A stretch of DNA of 61,037 nucleotides, counting the filler. It is 12 parts of 12 records of this genome, joined end to end, with 100 filler letters (N's around TTAATTAATTAA, not from the genome) between each part and the next. Parts side by side here need not be neighbours in the genome. Positions count along the whole stretch, not along the records: positions 53,424 to 56,786 come from SRR7504441_10145; positions 56,887 to 61,037 come from SRR7504441_10158; 10 more parts are not named here. One strand, given 5' to 3'. Of the stretch, positions 54,765 through 61,037 are shown one piece after another (the stretch's first letter is position 1; every line of letters starts with the position of its first letter). Under the pieces are notes generated by a model. That model saw only the letters and a program-made list of their open reading frames with translations, was not told the origin of the DNA and did no database searches. Made by a program: the position numbers and the translations under genes.

Positions 54765-56660
54765 ATGTCCTCAGCAGAGGGGGGTGCGGTCTTCACAGTG
54801 CCCACCTCAGGGGAGGAAGAGGACCCCACCACCGCCGCTGCCCGCCGCCGCGAGCGGTTCGCCCCCTGGCGCCACCAGCCCGCGGGCCCCGCCCAACCGG
54901 AGCCTGCCAAGTCGGACAAGATCGCAGCGGCCATGAAGACCCTGGAGGACCGGGTGGCAGGGCTGCGGGTCGGCGGCACCCGGGCGGACCTGGCCGACAA
55001 GCTCGGCGAGATCCGGCAGCGGGCGGCCTCGTTGGCAGGCCGGGCGCCCACGTGCGGCCGCCCAGGCCGCTGGGCCCGACCGGACGGGACAGGGAGCCGG
55101 CGCTGGAGCCGGTGCCGGGCCTTTCGCGGCCAGTGCAGCAGAGCGTTAGCAAGCTGAAGGTCCGGGCTGCTATATATCCGGGCCGAGCGGGCCGGCAGGT
55201 GGGCATGGACACACTGCTGGACCAATGGAGCAGCGCCGGGAGCGTCGACGCGGCTCGGTGCGCCGGTGGCCGGGCGTGTGCGACGGGCGCCAGGGGCGAG
55301 TCGCTTGTTGCGGACCTGAAGAATTGTATCAATCACGTCAAGTCGGAACAGGATAGGCTCACCTCCGAGTTTGAGCGGAAATATGACGACTTGCAGGCCG
55401 CTGCCGGGTGGGTGGGCAGTGAGCCGACGGCAGGACCAGAGAAATAAGGCGAATGATGAATGGGCGGCGCAGAGGAAGAAAATCAATGACGAGCACAAGG
55501 AGCGCGTAGACAGGATGAAGCAGGAGGAGCAGGCCGCCCGTGCCCGCCGGCAGCAGGCCAGGTGCGCTGTGCCTAGTGTGGCGCACCGACTGGGTGCAGG
55601 GAGCAGGCTCAGGCCGAGGCGGCCGAGGATGAGCGGGAGTGGAGCCAGAAGTGGAGTCAGTGGCAGAGGGAGTCGGAGCAGCGACAAGAAGAGCTCGACC
55701 GGTCGTTTGGTCGGCAACGGCTGGCTCACTAGCTGGGGCAGTGAGAAGCAACAGGCCGAGCGGCTGCACGCCGACAGGCTGGACAGGAACAAGGCGTTTG
55801 AAGAGCAGCGGTGGGTGCGACAGCGACTGCGTGTTGAGCGATTGGCAGCCGGGAGGCGGCGAGGATTGCAGAACTGCGCGAGAAGGAATCCAAGGAGCGA
55901 CATGAGAAGTGGAAGCAGGCGCGCGAGGATCGCGAGAAGGCGAGAGGGGCGGCATGAGCGGTGCTTACTGGACGGAGCAGGCGCAGAAGTTGGCGAGGGA
56001 GGAGGAGAAGGCGTTCTGGGCAGCGCAGGACCGGGCGAGGAGAGAGAAGTTCGAGGAGGAACTTGATGACTTGGCCCAGCAGGAGGAGGCGAGCCGCCCG
56101 GCCGAGGCTGGTGGCTGAGTCCTTGATGCAGGAGGCGCGCCAGAGGGCACACGAGGCGCAGAGGGCGTTTGAAGAGGCTCAGCGACTGGAGAACGAGGCA
56201 GATGGTGTGAGGAAGAACGCGGAGTCAGCTAGACAGAAGGCGTTCATGGAGACCCGGAACATGGATTTCATCAGCTCGTGCGCTCGGAAGGCGATGGAGC
56301 AGGCGCTCAGGGGCCGGGCGGGCCGGCTGACTGGGCACAGGAGCGCATTCAGAAGCTGGAGAACCCGTGGAGTCCAATAGAGAAAATGCCGCCCGAGCAG
56401 CAGATCCGGTGCTGTTCCGACTGCACGGCTGAGCTGGGGGCAGCGCGGCGGAGATCCCCAGGCTGACCAAGAACGAGCTGTACCGTGCGTATCCGTTCCA
56501 CCAGCAGCGAGCCTCGGCGTTCAAGAAGCTGGCGAAGACTTGGCACCCTGACAAGTTCATGCAGCGGTTTGGGCAGCGAGTGGCCGCGCAGGACAAGGAG
56601 GGGGTGATCTGCGCAGTCAAGGAGGCGTTTCAAGTGGTGCAAGAGCTCTGTCAAGATTAA
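54765..56660 (+). CDS. Coiled-coil protein with C-terminal J-domain-like (WHPDKF; NFKBIL1-like) region, multi-exon
   Basis: C-terminus reads AFKKLAKTWHPDKFMQRFG...VKEAFQVVQELCQD-stop. Short introns include 55562-55599 and 55702-55741; other junctions approximate. Confidence 0.62.
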
Positions 56661-56886
56661 TGCTGATGAGGAAATGCACGTTTGTCCTTATCTAATCTTG
56701 CGCTAGCAATCAAAGTTCTATCAAAGTTAAACGTACGTGCGGGACCATTGAATTAAGTAGAGAGTTGAAATCGTTTATTGATAACTNNNNNNNNNNNNNN
56801 NNNNNNNNNNNNNNNNNNNNNNNNNNNNNNTTAATTAATTAANNNNNNNNNNNNNNNNNNNNNNNNNNNNNNNNNNNNNNNNNNNN

Positions 56887-59800
56887 TACGCTGGAATGTC
56901 GTTCTATCCTGACAACGAGGGAGCAACCACTGTGCACGTACGTCAGGACGAGTGCTTCGATCGACCAGTTGGCTCGGGGAGCAATATGAAGAGCGGGAAC
57001 CAGTTTGGGGTGGCTGTTGCTTCACGGGTGCGTCGAGCCATTTCCTCGCTCTGGTAATTATATTCGTTGCAGGCTTCAGGACTTCCTCCTAAACTAGATG
57101 GGTTGCTGGTGGATGCAATAGATGGTGTGGATATGAAGTATGTGACTTCGCCTGACGAGGTCATTGGTGCGATTAAGGCCGAGCGACCAATGACAATGTC
57201 GTTCTCAAGCGCTCATAGCGTACTTCTTGCTGGAAGTACTGACAGCGATCCAAAGGTTAGGACAGAGGCTGCCAAGCTCCTCGGGCTGATTCCCGTCCCA
57301 AGCTTGTTGTCTTTAGTCAATCGATTGCGAAGCTGTGCGTTCATTCAGCATTTCTTTTCAGATACAGATCAAAGTGTGCGCATGACAGCAGTTCAGGCTC
57401 TAGCTAAGCAGATGCCAGCGCTTAAATGGTGGGTCACACGAGCAGGCAGTGTGCACACTGCAACTCGACTCGTCCTGAGTGAACTAGCTTGCCTTTGGCA
57501 GCGAGATCAAACACAGGAGGTGAAGATGGCTGTCGCTCAGGCTTTCTCTGCGCTACCACTACCCGCACTGCAGCGGGCGCTGGACCAGCTGGATCCTGAT
57601 CTCATATTGCAGATAACAAGCAGCACAGGCACTTCATTGGTGGAACGCCCTCCTTTGACATCTGATCTTGCTCAAAGGCTTGGCAAAATGACCTTTTGGG
57701 CTGGCGACACGATCGGTATTCAGACTGAAAACTTCCGTACAAGGACACGAAAACCTGGAGTGCCTTTGAGATGTGATCTACTGAGGACCTCCATTGCACT
57801 CGTGCTTGGGAGCGATATGCAGATCTCGATCCTTGGCACGAGCGGCAAGGCAATTGCTGTAGCTTCCCAGAGCCACCCAGGGCAGCTGTTGATTCCACTG
57901 AGTTCGCTGGACCAGCAGGGCTGGAGCGCTCTGGTGCAGCGCCTAGATTTGTCCCACGTGCCAGTTCAGCCAGATTCCCCTGCACAAAGCTTCCTATTGA
58001 ACATGCATCTGCTTTCTCAACTAGCCCCTGAATGGGAGCTGGCGCACCTCAAGGTACAATTTAGGGGGCTTGAGCCAACCAAAGTGGAGCCAGGCCAGAT
58101 TATCATGGGCCTTCAGCCACCAGACGGGAGTAGAAATTTACCTGATGTCCATGTTAGCTGGATGACTGATAGCATTGTCAACGGTTTGATCGCGGACTCG
58201 GACACAAAGCTCACCGTCATGGTGCGTGTCTCCGTTTATAATGGAGACCTCAAGGCGATAGTTTGGGATATTCATTCGTGTGATGCCACTTTGCTGCATC
58301 TCAGTACTGGGCTTTGCCTGCTGACTGGAGTCCAGCGACATAGGATTGCTTGCAACGAAAGCTGTACAACTACTTACGACGCAATCTTGCAACCTTCTGA
58401 CCTACAAACGCGGGCAAAGAGAACAGCAATGTCCGAAGCTGCTTCAACAGACCTTCCGCCTTCTCGAGCTGAGTTGGCGTGGAAGCTATTCGCTGCCTAC
58501 GACACTGATCTCTCTGGGTTGATCTCTTTAGATGAATTCTGCCAATTGCTCAAGTCATATGACAATCGTCTAAAACCTGAGGAGATTCGTCAAGTCTTTG
58601 CTGCCCAGGCGCCTGATGGATGGATGTCGTTTCTGTCGTTCTGCAATTGGGTCTCCATCACCTTTGGTAGTCTGGACGATGAAGCGTTCGCGCGAGGGCT
58701 GCGAGAGTTACTCTCTGTTGACGGGCTGCAGGATGACGTCACGAATGATTCTATCTGGGGCTTCAGAGTGAAGGCCACAGCTGTGAGCCTAACTGTAGCG
58801 GGCCGAGATATGCTTGCGAGCATATGCCCAGTACAATACGCCGAGTTCACGAATTTGGCTGTTGAGGGGTGGACAACACGGCACGACCGAAATCTAGTGC
58901 GAATCGTCGAAGAGTGTGCGTTACGGAATGAATGGAAGCCGGGAGCAAAGATAGATCTCGCGAAATTTGAACCCAATGAGAAGGAGATCCAAGTGCTTAG
59001 CCGTGACGATGAGCCTGCTAAGAAGACAGTATCAAGGATGATAGCCCGACTGGCTGTCCTGCAACGGCTCAATGACATGATTAATGCTGCAGTGATGCCG
59101 GCTGTCGATCTGGGCAATCTTCAGTCGACAATGCCAGGTCGGCTGCTGTCGTCGTGTCGAGACCTTGTGTTTGCGAGTGCCAAGCGACCTCTGTGGGACA
59201 AGGTAATGCGTGAAACTTTCACCGACAGAAATCAGCAGCTCGTGCTGTCCCGTGGTGTTGCAATGAATCTTGAGGCCAAGAAGGCCGTGGATCATGATGG
59301 CACCAAGAGTCTGTTTGGACAAGGCTGCCAGGCCATCAGCAAGTGGGACGTCGCTGTGCTCCGGTCACGCGGACGATGCTTCACGGCGGTTTTCAAGGGC
59401 GAATCAGCCGAGGACGCTGGTGGCGTGTACCGAGAGGCACTCGACAACATGGTCACCGAACTCAGTGGCCCGACCGTTCCGATGCTGATCCAATGTCCAA
59501 ATGGCGTAGCTGGCATCGGTGAGCACCGCGACACCTGGATTGTCTCGCCAGCGTTGCACACTGCGGTCCATTTCAAGATGCTGAGGTTCGTCGGACAGCT
59601 GATGGGTGTTGCCCTGCGAACAAGGCACCCCCCCAGCATTCTAATACTATAGTACCTAACTGGTGGCATCTGCAGCCTCCCAATCAAGCTAACACTTGCC
59701 CCCGTGGTTTGGAAAAAGCTGGTGGGCCAAGAAGTGAGTTTGAGTGATCTTCGAGATTTTGATCTATCCGCATGCCAGGCACATGCAGCAGTGCTTGCGA

Positions 59801-60840
59801 CGGTGTTAGAATTTGCGTGTGGCAGGCGATCGAGCAGTTACAGAATCTGGACGCCCTGGGTGTGACAGAAGACATTTTCGAAGATGTATTTGAGGACTTC
59901 TTCGTGACGCATAACTCAGCAGGCGAGGAGGTACTTAATCGAGGTTCGAGGGTCAGGTTGGACTGAGTGACAGGTGGAGCTGTGCCCTGGTGGTAGCTCC
60001 AAGCCACTGACGTATCATAACTGTCCGGAATTTGCGCGGCTAGTGGGCGAAACACGACTGCACGAGGCAGATCGACAGGTTGCTGCGATCCGCCAAGGGC
60101 TGGCTACTGCGGTTCCTGTGGATTTGCTTCAGCTGTGGTCATGGGACAATTTGGAGCTGGTAGCCCGCTTCGGTGCCTCAACGCGTCTCATTAGTCTGAC
60201 GTGCAGGCTGTCACTGGCAGTCGCAGAATGGATATTGACATGCTCAAGAAGCACACGCGGTACAACGGTAGGCCGCAGCACTCCTTGCCTGCGTCTCACC
60301 AGCCTGGCCCGCAGGCTGCAACCAGGATGATCCTCACGTCAAGCTCTTCTGGCAAGCCCTTGAATCATTCGAAGAGGAGGTGCTCCTGAAGTCCGCCAGC
60401 GCTGATCGTAGTGTAGGACAAGTCGCTCTTCCTCCGGTTTGTCTGGGGCCGCTCACGATTACCCAATTCGGCGGCTGGGTTTGGCGACGGATTCAAATTG
60501 TGTGGCATGAGCCGTGGCGGCAACCCTGACATGCTACTTCCGGTGCCATAACTGCCCCAGCATGGGGCAAATGGCGGGGCAGATGGCCCATACTTGCTTT
60601 TTTCAACTGGATCTGCCGACCTACTCTTCGCTCAACATTGCTCAAGAGAAGGTCAGATCGGGGTTTCCGCGTGCTCTGGCTAAGGTTTGCATGATCTAGA
60701 TTCTTTATGCTGTGCGCAACTGTCGGGCAATGGATGGAGACGACAACTACTCTGGAGGTCGCCACAACCGAGACATGGGTTTTGACATTGACGAGCCTGC
60801 GCCGCCGGCGGCGGCGGCCGTAGCGGTGGGCCAAATCTAA
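56887..60840 (+). CDS. HECT E3 ubiquitin ligase with PDZ-like, HEAT-like and EF-hand regions, 5' truncated
   Basis: FKGESAEDAGGVYRE, FVGQLMGVALRT, VELCPGG, KLFWQAL, FLRFVWGRSRLP, AHTCFFQLDLPTY. Introns 57028-57072, 59625-59675, 59779-59825, 59931-59973, 60160-60206, 60268-60314, 60380-60416, 60543-60582, 60652-60699. Confidence 0.92.
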
Positions 60841-61037
60841 TATGCACGAGATTTTAGCTAGGTTCTGGCAAATCAGTTATGTGACTCAAGCTGCACTACG
60901 TAGTCAATCTAATCTGATTACATATATTCGTATCCAATATTTCAGTTGCCAGCGCAATAAATCAGTCGGAACGAGTCGTATCGGTATGACGATATCGGTG
61001 ACCTCTACATGCTTACATGTACTCGCATGTCGCGCCA

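Noticed and set aside
8355-56886. Recurring TTAATTAATTAA palindrome flanked by N runs
   Set aside because: Identical 100-nt artificial joins with six-frame stops; not biological. Gene neighbourhoods across them were not interpreted.

Overview
This is eukaryotic (protist-like) nuclear DNA, not prokaryotic. The window joins 12 unrelated contigs with 100-nt artificial spacers (44 N + TTAATTAATTAA + 44 N), so adjacency across spacers means nothing. The genome is compact and GC-rich, with short AT-rich gaps between converging 3' ends. Most genes sit head-to-head with start codons 19-130 nt apart. Many genes are split by very short spliceosomal-type introns, which is why the ORF track looks fragmented: about 60 were parsed by hand, 34-55 nt long, mostly 36-43 nt, GT-AG plus at least 8 GC-AG. 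Recognisable genes include an aldo-keto reductase, a choline kinase/APH-like kinase, a beta-lactamase-family hydrolase, a nucleoredoxin-like protein, alkaline phosphatase, a Rho-like GTPase, a DHHC-family acyltransferase, UPRT, a USP deubiquitinase, a START protein, a DUF285 surface protein, an EDRF1-like protein, an RCC1 protein, methyltransferases, mitoferrin, an FAD oxidoreductase, STT3, a Pls/PosA-like NRPS terminal-domain protein, an HpcH aldolase and a HECT E3 ligase. Three findings stand out. (1) Many micro-introns can fold into hairpins, often pairing their two ends. (2) The Pls-type membrane domain is fused to a degenerate class II aldolase, with three Nup98/PIDD1-like HFS motifs suggesting a self-cleaving polyprotein. 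(3) One intron joins two mitoferrin units into a single double-length carrier. All family calls come from motif recognition by eye; no database searches were run.
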